Assembly (NCBI RefSeq): GCF_000307105.1
Contig: NC_018645.1
Coordinates: forward strand, 856,578 to 880,577
From: Desulfobacula toluolica Tol2
GTDB lineage: Bacteria; Desulfobacterota; Desulfobacteria; Desulfobacterales; Desulfobacteraceae
DNA: 24,000 bases
Direction of reading: 5' to 3'
Below the pieces are notes generated by a model. It saw nothing but the letters and a program-made list of their open reading frames with translations. It did no database searches and was not told the DNA's origin. Made by a program: the position numbers and the translations under genes. The first letter of the stretch is position 1. The number at the start of each line of letters is the position of its first letter. This document shows positions 7,992 through 15,153 of the stretch, piece by piece.

Positions 7992-9077
7992 ATGAGTTTG
8001 CAATATATTGAAGAATACAGGGATGCATCTCTTGCAAGGGAGCTTGTGAAAAAAATTAAGGCTGTCAGCCATAAAAAACTCAGACTGATGGAGGTCTGCG
8101 GAACCCATACCATGTCCATTTTTCGGCATGGTATCAGAAGTGTTCTGCCGGAAAGGATAACGCTTCTTTCCGGGCCGGGGTGTCCTGTGTGCGTGACCGC
8201 CCAGAAAGACATTGATGCTTTTGTGGCGCTGGCAAGGGTTAAAAATGTGATAGTGACCACATTTGGAGATCTCATGAAAGTGCCGGGGTCCGGTTCGACC
8301 CTTGCCCTGGAAAAAGCATCCGGCGCGGATGTAAGGATGGTCTATTCCATATCGGATGCCGTTGCCATTGCCCGGGAAAATAAAAGCAAGCAAGTGGTGT
8401 TCTGTGCAGTGGGATTTGAAACCACCATTCCCACCATTGCGGCCGGAATTCTAATGGCCATCCGGGAAAAAACAGATAATTTTTCCATTTATTCCGCCAA
8501 TAAACTCACCCCGCCCGCACTTACCGCCCTGATGGAAACAGACGGGGTTCAGATCGACGGATTTATCCTTCCGGGCCATGTCTCCGTGATTACCGGAACC
8601 CATGCCTACAGGGACACATTTGAAAAATATAATATGCCGTCCGTGATTGCTGGATTTGAACCGGTTGATATTTTAAATGCCATCCTGATGTTGATCCGAC
8701 AGAATGAGACGGGAACGCCGGCTCTTGAAAATGCATATCCAAGGGCCGTGTCAGATTCAGGAAATGTAAAGGCAAAACAGATCATGAACCAGGTCTTTGA
8801 TATTTGTGATGCCTCCTGGAGAGGGATTGGACACATTCCATCCAGTGGGATGAGGCTGAAAAAATCGTATGAAAAATTTAATGCCTCCATAAAATTTAGC
8901 ATGGATATGCCCGAGGTTCCCGAACCCAAAGGGTGCGCCTGCGGTCAGATTCTCATGGGGTTAAAAACGCCTGAAAAATGCGTTCTTTATAAGAAGAAAT
9001 GTACTCCCATGACACCGGTCGGTCCCTGTATGGTCTCAAGTGAAGGGGCTTGTGCAGCATTTTACAGATACAGTTAA
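7992..9077 (+). CDS. hypD: hydrogenase formation protein HypD
   Basis: 361 aa. Motifs MEVCGTHT, GPGCPVCV, FETT and PGHVS, plus a C-terminal Cys cluster. Starts 3 nt after the hypF stop. Confidence 0.97.
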   Translation: MSLQYIEEYRDASLARELVKKIKAVSHKKLRLMEVCGTHTMSIFRHGIRSVLPERITLLSGPGCPVCVTAQKDIDAFVALARVKNVIVTTFGDLMKVPGSGSTLALEKASGADVRMVYSISDAVAIARENKSKQVVFCAVGFETTIPTIAAGILMAIREKTDNFSIYSANKLTPPALTALMETDGVQIDGFILPGHVSVITGTHAYRDTFEKYNMPSVIAGFEPVDILNAILMLIRQNETGTPALENAYPRAVSDSGNVKAKQIMNQVFDICDASWRGIGHIPSSGMRLKKSYEKFNASIKFSMDMPEVPEPKGCACGQILMGLKTPEKCVLYKKKCTPMTPVGPCMVSSEGACAAFYRYS

Positions 9078-9146
9078 TATGAAAGCAGCGAGTAATGAGT
9101 GTTGAGATTCTCATCACCCAGAACCCAATGCCAAGTATTCAATTTT

Positions 9147-9210
9147 AATTATCAAGTCCCCACAATGTCAATTATCAAGTCCTCAATGTCAAGTATCAAG
9201 TACCTAATAC
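9147..9210 (+). repeat. three imperfect tandem ~21-nt repeats in the hypD-hypE spacer
   Basis: AATTATCAAGTCCCCACAATGTC (9147-9169), AATTATCAAGTCCTCAATGTC (9170-9190) and AAGTATCAAGTACCTAATAC (9191-9210). A weaker related stretch, CAAGTATTCAATTTT, lies just upstream (9132-9146). Confidence 0.8.
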
Positions 9211-9250
9211 ATACCAGGGCATAGGGTTACTATATAAACAGGAAAAAAAT

Positions 9251-10261
9251 ATGACTGAAGAAAAAATATTACTCGACCATGGTTCCGGAGGAAAACTATC
9301 CCACTCAATGTTTTCCGATATGATCCTGCCTTTGTTTGAAAATTCTGAATTGTCAAAACAAGATGACGGGGCAATCCTGGATGTTGAAGGCGCAAGGCTT
9401 GCTTTTTCAACCGATTCTTATGTGGTGGACCCCATTTTTTTCCCCGGCGGGAATATCGGCGACCTGGCGGTGAATGGAACCGTCAATGATATCTCCATGT
9501 GCGGGGCTGTCCCTAAGTTTATCAGCGTGGGCCTGATTATTGAAGAAGGACTGCCGGTAAAGCAGTTAAAGATAATTCTTGAAACCATTGCAGCGGCTGC
9601 CAAAAAAGCCGGGGTCAAGATTGTCACAGGTGATACCAAGGTGGTTCCCAGGGGAAAGGCAGACAAGATTTTTATCAACACTTCCGGTATAGGCGTGATT
9701 CCTGCCCATGTGAATGTGTCCGGAAGCAATGCACAACCGGGCGATAAGATCATTGTCAGCGGAACCCTTGCAGATCACGGTATTGCGGTCTTAAGCTCAA
9801 GGGAGGGTTTAAAATTTGATTCCGATATCAAAACCGATTCAGCCCCGTTAAATAAAATGGTTCAGTCTCTTATCCGGTCCGGCTGTGATGTTCATGTGCT
9901 TCGGGACCCTACAAGGGGTGGTCTGGGAACAACCTTGAATGAGATTGCATCACAATCAAGAGTTGGAATTAGAATAGATGAAATGTCTCTGCCTGTCACG
10001 GGACCGGTAAGGGGAGCCTGTGAGTTGTTGGGGTTTGATCCGCTCTATATTGCAAACGAAGGCAAATTGATCGCCTTTGTGCCGGAAAAGGATGTGGACA
10101 AAGCCCTTGAGATTATCCGGCAGGATGTGTTTGGCAAAGTTGCTGTGATTATTGGTGACGTCACAAGCGAAGATCCCGGCAAGGTTTTTTTGCAGACCTC
10201 TATCGGCGGGGTGAGACCCATTGATATGCTTACAGGAGAGCAGCTGCCGAGAATCTGCTGA
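9251..10261 (+). CDS. hypE: hydrogenase expression/formation protein HypE
   Basis: 336 aa with an AIR-synthase-like fold. N-terminus LLDHGSGG. The diagnostic C-terminal PRIC motif is present (…GEQLPRIC-stop). Confidence 0.97.
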   Translation: MTEEKILLDHGSGGKLSHSMFSDMILPLFENSELSKQDDGAILDVEGARLAFSTDSYVVDPIFFPGGNIGDLAVNGTVNDISMCGAVPKFISVGLIIEEGLPVKQLKIILETIAAAAKKAGVKIVTGDTKVVPRGKADKIFINTSGIGVIPAHVNVSGSNAQPGDKIIVSGTLADHGIAVLSSREGLKFDSDIKTDSAPLNKMVQSLIRSGCDVHVLRDPTRGGLGTTLNEIASQSRVGIRIDEMSLPVTGPVRGACELLGFDPLYIANEGKLIAFVPEKDVDKALEIIRQDVFGKVAVIIGDVTSEDPGKVFLQTSIGGVRPIDMLTGEQLPRIC

Positions 10262-10271
10262 CTTGATTTTT

Positions 10272-10682
10272 TTATTCCTTGGATTTTAAGAAGTCCAGAT
10301 CCGGGATGGGCATTAATTTTTTGTTCGGCCCCAGGCAGACAAGCTCCAGTGTGCATGTGACAGCCGCTTTTTTTCCATCCGGCCGCCAGGCTTCATGGAA
10401 AAAGATAATCCTGTAATGCCCTTCTTTTTTCCAGGTTGTCCTGATGTCGAGACGATCTCCGAAAATGGCACCCTCATGGTATCCTATATTTATTTTGTAA
10501 ATGGCAAAACCTATTTCATGCTTATGCCACATGTCGGCAAGAACCTTGGTCCCCATGATATCTTCCCTTGCCCGTTCAAAAAATTTTAAATAGTTTGCAT
10601 GGTAGACAACCCCTGAATGGTCGGTGTCTTCATAATATACTTGAGCTGTAAAATGATGTGGTGTCATGTTTGAATCCATCAT
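10272..10682 (-). CDS. acyl-CoA thioesterase, YbgC/4HBT (hotdog) family
   Basis: VYYEDTDHSGVVYHANYLKFFERARED is the family catalytic motif. The track ORF starts at 10742. I prefer ATG 10682 (MMDSNMTPHH...) because AGGA lies 8 nt upstream and the N-terminal length then fits the family. The start is uncertain by +/-60 nt. The gene is convergent with hypE, with only 10 nt between the stops. Confidence 0.85.
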   Translation of the reverse strand: MMDSNMTPHHFTAQVYYEDTDHSGVVYHANYLKFFERAREDIMGTKVLADMWHKHEIGFAIYKINIGYHEGAIFGDRLDIRTTWKKEGHYRIIFFHEAWRPDGKKAAVTCTLELVCLGPNKKLMPIPDLDFLKSKE

Positions 10683-10851
10683 ATCCCGTATCCTGTAAAA
10701 TGAGTCATATGGTAGGCTTTTATATATCTGCGGGCAAATCAAATCAAGGATTTTATATTAAAGCAGTGGTTTTTGGATAGTGGCTTTTGGGTTGTAGGCT
10801 TCTCTTGATTTTATGTAAAAGAATTTTTAACCTGGGGTTATTGAAAACAGG

Positions 10852-11184
10852 TTATCTTGTGCGATAGAACCGGATACTTATTTCTTCTATGGTAACAAGC
10901 CCCTCAATAATCGTGTGGTCAATGACCGGCATAAACTTGTTTATTTTTTCCAGGGTATCTACAATCTCTATGACCATGGGCATATCTTCCGAAAGCCTTA
11001 AAATCTTTGTGGTATGAATCCTTGAATGCGCTCCAAAACCCAGGATACCACGGGTAACAGTTGCCCCGGCTAATCCCTGTTCTCTTGCTTTTTTTACAAT
11101 CCACTCATATAGCGGTGTTCCGTCTTTTTTATCAGACTCGCCAATAAAGATTCTGAGCAAATGCCCTTTTTCAGGAAGAACCAT
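10852..11184 (-). CDS. DUF190 (PII-like) protein commonly paired with crcB
   Basis: 110 aa. LLRIFIGESDKKDGTPLYEWIVKKAREQGLAGATVTRGILGFG matches DUF190. SD AAGGAG lies 7 nt upstream. It sits immediately downstream of crcB. Confidence 0.85.
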   Translation of the reverse strand: MVLPEKGHLLRIFIGESDKKDGTPLYEWIVKKAREQGLAGATVTRGILGFGAHSRIHTTKILRLSEDMPMVIEIVDTLEKINKFMPVIDHTIIEGLVTIEEISIRFYRTR

Positions 11185-11198
11185 AAATAATCTCCTTT

Positions 11199-11291
11199 AT
11201 AATAACTGCCATGGGCAAACCTGGTATTTTATTTAAGATTTGCCACAACAAGCATGAAAGTTGCTGTTTTGATTTTTAAAGACTTTCATAT
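11199..11291 (+). repeat. structured intergenic repeat, copy A
   Basis: TATAATAACTGCCATGGGCAAACCTGGTATTTTATTTAAGATTTGCCACAACAAGCATGAAAGTTGCTGTTTTGATTTTTAAAGACTTTCATAT. Stem 1 is GGGCAAA/TTTGCC and stem 2 is ATGAAAG/CTTTCAT. The right end overlaps the crcB stop codon (11286-11288). The left end is 15 nt from the DUF190 start codon. Confidence 0.85.
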
Positions 11292-11663
11292 GAATTTAGA
11301 CAAGGAAAATCCAAGCCAGACAGAGCAAAAACCCAGAATAAGGTGAAGCATCAGGTTTGTCATGGCTGAGGCAAGCTGCCCATCCCGGGCAAATGTGAAT
11401 ATTTCATACCCAAAGGTTGAAAAAGTTGTAAATCCTCCCATGAATCCAATGAGAATCAATGCCCGAATTTCAGGGCTGAATATTTGTCTTGATTCTGATA
11501 ATCCGCCCAGCAAACCGATTAAAAGGCATCCTATCACATTAACCGTCAGGGTCCCGTAGGGAAAAAAAGGATCATTGAACAGTCTGTGGGACAAATCACT
11601 GATCATATATCGACAGATTGAGCCTGCAAAGCCTCCCGCTCCAACCATTAACAGCTTCATCAT
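11286..11663 (-). CDS. crcB: fluoride ion channel CrcB (Fluc)
   Basis: 125 aa with four TM segments. GGFAGSICRY, TLTVNVIGCLLIG and GFMGGFTTFSTF are CrcB signature stretches. Confidence 0.95.
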   Translation of the reverse strand: MMKLLMVGAGGFAGSICRYMISDLSHRLFNDPFFPYGTLTVNVIGCLLIGLLGGLSESRQIFSPEIRALILIGFMGGFTTFSTFGYEIFTFARDGQLASAMTNLMLHLILGFCSVWLGFSLSKFI

Positions 11664-11790
11664 AATTTATCTCCGGAACGTTTCTTTTAACCAGCTTCTA
11701 CAGCCCAACTGACACTGTAGGTTTGTTTTTTTTGCTTATGTTTGGCCGCAACACAGAATAAAAATCACGATTGGGGCTGCCAAAATTTTC

Positions 11791-11892
11791 ATATAACTGC
11801 CACGGGCAGACCTGGTATTTTACATTGTTTTGCCCACAACAAAAAATGAAAGATATCTGATTCCAATAGGTTTGAAATCCTTTCATATAAAA
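11791..11892 (+). repeat. structured intergenic repeat, copy B
   Basis: ATATAACTGCCACGGGCAGACCTGGTATTTTACATTGTTTTGCCCACAACAAAAAATGAAAGATATCTGATTCCAATAGGTTTGAAATCCTTTCATATAAAA. Stem 1 is GGGCAGA/TTTGCCC and stem 2 is ATGAAAG/CTTTCAT. It lies 128 nt upstream (minus sense) of the crcB start. Confidence 0.85.
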
Positions 11893-11999
11893 TATTAACT
11901 CTCGAAAGTTTAAAGGCAAATGGGTACAAAAGCCATGATTATTTAAATGCCAGGTCTTTTTTTTAAATTTTATAACCACTGGAAACTTTCTGGAAATCT

Positions 12000-12428
12000 T
12001 TAACGGGTATGATGGATTTCCTTTATTTTAAGCCGCAACATCTTGTCTTTTACTGAAATGAGGCGATACATCACATTGCCGATCCGGATGTCCTCATCCG
12101 TCTTTGTTTTAGGAAATTTTAAAGTATATGAAACCTCTGGGTCCAAATCAAGCAGATAAAGATCAATGGTTGCCGTGTTGCCGCTTAGTCCCTTAAAAAC
12201 AATGGCTGTCCTGTTTGTAATAAACTTTTCATTTTTTAAAAGCAGCAACTGGTCCGCCATTATTTTTGAACGACTTGGCAGGCCAGGGGTTTGCAAACTT
12301 TTGGGCCTGCCCCTGTAACGGTCTTGATAGGATGGTGTTGATACATAATAGGTGATTGCAAAAGGGATTGCCAGGGTTAACACAATAAAAAGAACGGCAA
12401 GCCATCCTTTGGGACTTGGCAGATGCAT
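12000..12428 (-). CDS. hypothetical protein with an N-terminal membrane anchor
   Basis: 142 aa. One clear TM helix (WLAVLFIVLTLAIPFAITYYV) followed by a soluble domain that looks beta-rich. SD-like AAGGGAAAG lies upstream. I recognise no family. Confidence 0.5.
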   Translation of the reverse strand: MHLPSPKGWLAVLFIVLTLAIPFAITYYVSTPSYQDRYRGRPKSLQTPGLPSRSKIMADQLLLLKNEKFITNRTAIVFKGLSGNTATIDLYLLDLDPEVSYTLKFPKTKTDEDIRIGNVMYRLISVKDKMLRLKIKEIHHTR

Positions 12429-13171
12429 TGGCTTTCCCTTTCGTTAATATGTATGCATTATCTTTGGAATTTTTAATAATATCAATTTATAAGAACAAAT
12501 TCAATCCGGGAAACCCTGCTCCGGTTTTTTTATATTTTTCTGTAATTTTTAACTTGGGTTTTTCTTAAATAAAGCAGATAGTTTTGCAAGAAATGCTTAT
12601 AAGGCCGTGTCGATATCTCGTTTTGGGGATTTAAAAATTAAACCTTGACGGTTTATAAAACATTGAATTGTCTTCATCTTTAAATGAGGCATATTCAATA
12701 TATGCAGGGTTGTTTTTTTTGATCAGTTTTGGATGTTGAAAATTGTTAGAATATATAGGCTCTCAAGGCCTGTTTTTTTTCATCAACCGTCTGCATTGAA
12801 TGATTTTCGGACATCTTAAAATTGCGGTCCCATAGTTTTCTGTGTTGGCGTTGTCGTGTAGAGGGCTGCCGGTAAAAAGGTTTCTCGCGAGAGGGGTTGG
12901 TATGCGGGATGCTTGTTTGGAAGGGTGGACAAAAGAGATGTATATTTGTAAAGGTCTTTGAATATGCCTCAAAAATAATTAAAACAAGCAAATATCGAAT
13001 GATATTCAAGATTCTTGCTAAATTGGTATGGGTAACAAACTATAAAAATAGTAAATGATTTATATTTTTATGAGGATATTATCAGGAGAATTATATGGTA
13101 ATATATTGTTTTGTTAAGATATAACGCTATATCGGATGGATTTTGGGATTATTATTTAAAAAAAAGTCTTC

Positions 13172-13201
13172 TTGACAATGGATAATTTATTATTTTAGAA
13201 T
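13172..13201 (+). promoter_or_regulatory. putative sigma70-type promoter
   Basis: TTGACA (13172-13177), an 18-nt spacer, then TAGAAT (13196-13201). It lies about 60 nt upstream of the 13261 ATG. Confidence 0.4.
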
Positions 13202-13260
13202 GCGACTCGAAATTCAGAGATGATACAGTAGTTAAAAAAGTCAAAGACAGGAGGCAGGGT

Positions 13261-13440
13261 ATGAAATTTCTTGAAGTCTTGATCAATATCTTGTCTGCTG
13301 CTGAAAATGATATTTATCAAGCGATTTTGACCAAAATAATTTTTCAGTCCAAAGGCACCATTAAAGCCGATACCGTTACAATAGACCGGAAACATGCAGA
13401 ATTATTTTTTTTGGGAGGTCATAAAGCCTCTTTTGTTTGA
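13261..13440 (+). CDS. small hypothetical protein (59 aa), below the ORF-track cutoff
   Basis: My translation: MKFLEVLINILSAAENDIYQAILTKIIFQSKGTIKADTVTIDRKHAELFFLGGHKASFV-stop. A strong SD AGGAGG lies 6 nt upstream, a promoter-like TTGACA/TAGAAT further upstream, and the stop codon sits inside a terminator-like hairpin. I recognise no family. The overlapping minus-strand ORF 13195..13395 has none of these signals. Confidence 0.4.
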   Translation: MKFLEVLINILSAAENDIYQAILTKIIFQSKGTIKADTVTIDRKHAELFFLGGHKASFV

Positions 13441-13462
13441 ACCAGGACAAAGAAGGCTTTAT
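13421..13462 (+). terminator. terminator-like hairpin after the small ORF
   Basis: ATAAAGCCTCTTTTGT (13421-13436) pairs with ACAAAGAAGGCTTTAT (13447-13462): 14 Watson-Crick pairs, one G-U pair and one mismatch out of 16, with a 10-nt loop. It is followed by TAATTTAAATTAATTTTTT. Confidence 0.4.
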
Positions 13463-13515
13463 TAATTTAAATTAATTTTTTAATAGAACACCAACAAGAA
13501 AAAAAGGAGAAAAAG

Positions 13516-14427
13516 ATGACAAAAAATTGGACTGTTTCGCTCACTATTACCGGTATGCTGCTTCTGATGCTGACCTGTGCTATGCCAGCCTGGGCCGGCC
13601 ATTATACGCCGGGAACAGAAGGTGCCATGGGAGCTTCCGTTCCACCGCCGGGATTTCATTACAAGCAATACAACATATATGTGGACTCAGATACCTTGAA
13701 GGATGATGATGGCGATGATATAAATATCGGTTTTGATCTGAATGTTTTTGCCCAGGCACACCGGCTTATTTATATCACCAAACACAAGTTTTTAGGAGCG
13801 GATTACGGAATGAGTACGATTGTCCCGATTGTCGGAACTGATTTTAATCTTAACGTTCCTGGTGTGCATGATTCCGAGGTAGGTTTGGGGGATATTTTTA
13901 TTGAGCCCCTTATTTTGGCTTGGCACACGGACAGATGGGATGCGGTACTGGGGCTGGGCGTAAACCTGCCCACAGGAGAATATGACTGGACAGAACCGGC
14001 ATCTGCCGGCCAAGGATATACCAGCGGCATGATGACCCTTGGTGCGACTTATTATATAGACCAGGCCAAAAGCTGGGCTGTGTCAGCATTGTCCAGGACT
14101 CTGGTATATGGGGAACAGGATGATACAGATATCACCCCTGGCTGGGAATTTATCGTTGATTGGGGAATCAGCAAACAATTTCCCATCTCTGAAGGGCTTC
14201 TTATCAGGCCTGCACTTGTGGGATACACATATTGGCAGATGGATGAAGACAGCGGCACAGGTTCCTCTGATGAGAAGGGTACAAATTACGCCATTGGAGC
14301 GGAAGTCAATCTCTTCTGGTTACCGCCTCATCTGTTTCAGATCAACCTGAGGGTATTGCAGGATTTTGGTACTGAAAATGAAGCAGAAACTACAAAGGTG
14401 GTTTTCTCTGTTGTTAAATCGTTTTAG
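13516..14427 (+). CDS. outer-membrane beta-barrel transporter, MetA-pathway-of-phenol-degradation-like family (PF13557-type)
   Basis: 303 aa. Signal peptide ending AMPAWA-GHY. The N-terminal HYTPGTEGAMGASVPPPGFHY and GLGDIFIEPLILAW motifs are typical of the family. Amphipathic beta pattern and a C-terminal aromatic residue (…VVKSF). SD AAGGAG upstream. Confidence 0.8.
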   Translation: MTKNWTVSLTITGMLLLMLTCAMPAWAGHYTPGTEGAMGASVPPPGFHYKQYNIYVDSDTLKDDDGDDINIGFDLNVFAQAHRLIYITKHKFLGADYGMSTIVPIVGTDFNLNVPGVHDSEVGLGDIFIEPLILAWHTDRWDAVLGLGVNLPTGEYDWTEPASAGQGYTSGMMTLGATYYIDQAKSWAVSALSRTLVYGEQDDTDITPGWEFIVDWGISKQFPISEGLLIRPALVGYTYWQMDEDSGTGSSDEKGTNYAIGAEVNLFWLPPHLFQINLRVLQDFGTENEAETTKVVFSVVKSF

Positions 14428-14589
14428 TTAGAAATATAAAATAAAAAAAGCAACCTGTTACAACTATGGAATATAAGAGCAGCATGGCGATGCAGATTGG
14501 GCAAATTTCATATCCATAGAAGTGAAGCTTTTAGATATCGCCAACCAGCTTGATTTGCTTCCATGGCGATCAGGGGTGCTTAAATTAAG

Positions 14590-15153
14590 TTATTTGAATG
14601 CCCGGCTTTTTTTGCCGGGCATTTTAAATTTTGGTGCAACAGGATCAAGCAAGCTTAATTTAGAGATAAACAGATCCGCATCAAAGGGTTTGGCAATAAT
14701 ATCCCGGTGCTGGTTGAAAAGCCCAATTGCCTTTAATGCAACTTTTTTTGCAGGAGCTTTTCTGCCATATGTAAGCTGTTCATATGCGATGGCGGCAAGA
14801 ACCATTGCCTGCAATGCTTTTTTGTTTTTACCCTGGGCTGTTGTCCATTTTATTTCCAGCCATTCATGGAATTCAAAAAACAATTCAAAGTTCCATAATA
14901 TGCGGGCAATTACAAAAAAATCATCATCCGGCTGCAAATTAAAGGCAGCCATCTGATCAAATGTTTTTTTTAAAAAGTCTGCCCTGTTATTGACGTATGC
15001 TTTTATATGGACTTGAGTTTCCCCGTATTGATACTGACTGCTCGCAGTGTGAAAAAAAGACGGGTCTTTTGCCTGAATTGCTTTGACAAAACAATGGCCC
15101 AGGGTATTTCTGATGTCTCGGGATAAGCGGTTTTCAAACGGGTTAAATTTCAT
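14590..15153 (-). CDS. DUF309 domain protein
   Basis: LWNFELFFEFHEWLEIKW fits the DUF309 signature (F-x-x-x-x-FxEaHE-x-lE-x-x-W). I prefer the start at ATG 15153 (MKFNPFEN...) because it overlaps the upstream gene's TGA as ATGA (translational coupling). The track start is 15171. Confidence 0.7.
   Translation of the reverse strand: MKFNPFENRLSRDIRNTLGHCFVKAIQAKDPSFFHTASSQYQYGETQVHIKAYVNNRADFLKKTFDQMAAFNLQPDDDFFVIARILWNFELFFEFHEWLEIKWTTAQGKNKKALQAMVLAAIAYEQLTYGRKAPAKKVALKAIGLFNQHRDIIAKPFDADLFISKLSLLDPVAPKFKMPGKKSRAFK
14597..14623. terminator. perfect 10-bp hairpin AATGCCCGGC-TTTTTTT-GCCGGGCATT between convergent genes
   Basis: The stem is 14597-14606 / 14614-14623 with a 7-T loop. It is followed on the plus strand by TTAAATTTT. 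It lies inside the last 13 codons (KFKMPGKKSRAFK) of the minus-strand DUF309 gene. Confidence 0.5.

Noticed and set aside
5849-8393. Many 60-170-aa ORFs antisense to hypF and hypD (e.g. 7766..8275, 7989..8393, 6954..7295)
   Set aside because: They lie entirely inside strongly supported hyp coding regions on the opposite strand. They have no start signals and artefact-like composition.
9132-9210. CRISPR-like array
   Set aside because: The units are directly abutting 20-23-nt imperfect tandem repeats with no unique spacers. There are only three units and no cas genes.
11664-11790. Fluoride riboswitch expected upstream of crcB
   Set aside because: Reading the minus strand, neither GAUG-containing conserved block is present. 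Only AACAAACC immediately followed by TACAG resembles the consensus, which is not enough for the pseudoknot fold.
11808-11826. Sigma54 promoter inside the repeat (CTGGTATTTTA...TTGC)
   Set aside because: The GG-to-GC spacing is 17-18 nt in copies A and B instead of the required 11, and the block is missing in copy D.
11698-11979. 93-aa minus-strand ORF between crcB and the 142-aa gene
   Set aside because: It is made largely of repeat copy B read in one frame. The composition is odd (Cys/Trp/His/Asn-rich, no domain). There is no SD. It occupies what is otherwise the crcB leader.
12746-13395. Minus-strand ORFs 12746..13009, 12763..12972 and 13195..13395
   Set aside because: No SD and no recognisable domains. 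The two ORFs at 12746-13009 overlap each other in different frames. The third is antisense to a plus-strand ORF that has a promoter, an SD and a terminator.
14522-14956. 144-aa plus-strand ORF
   Set aside because: It is antisense to the DUF309 gene, which has a family motif and translational coupling. It has no SD and starts at GTG.
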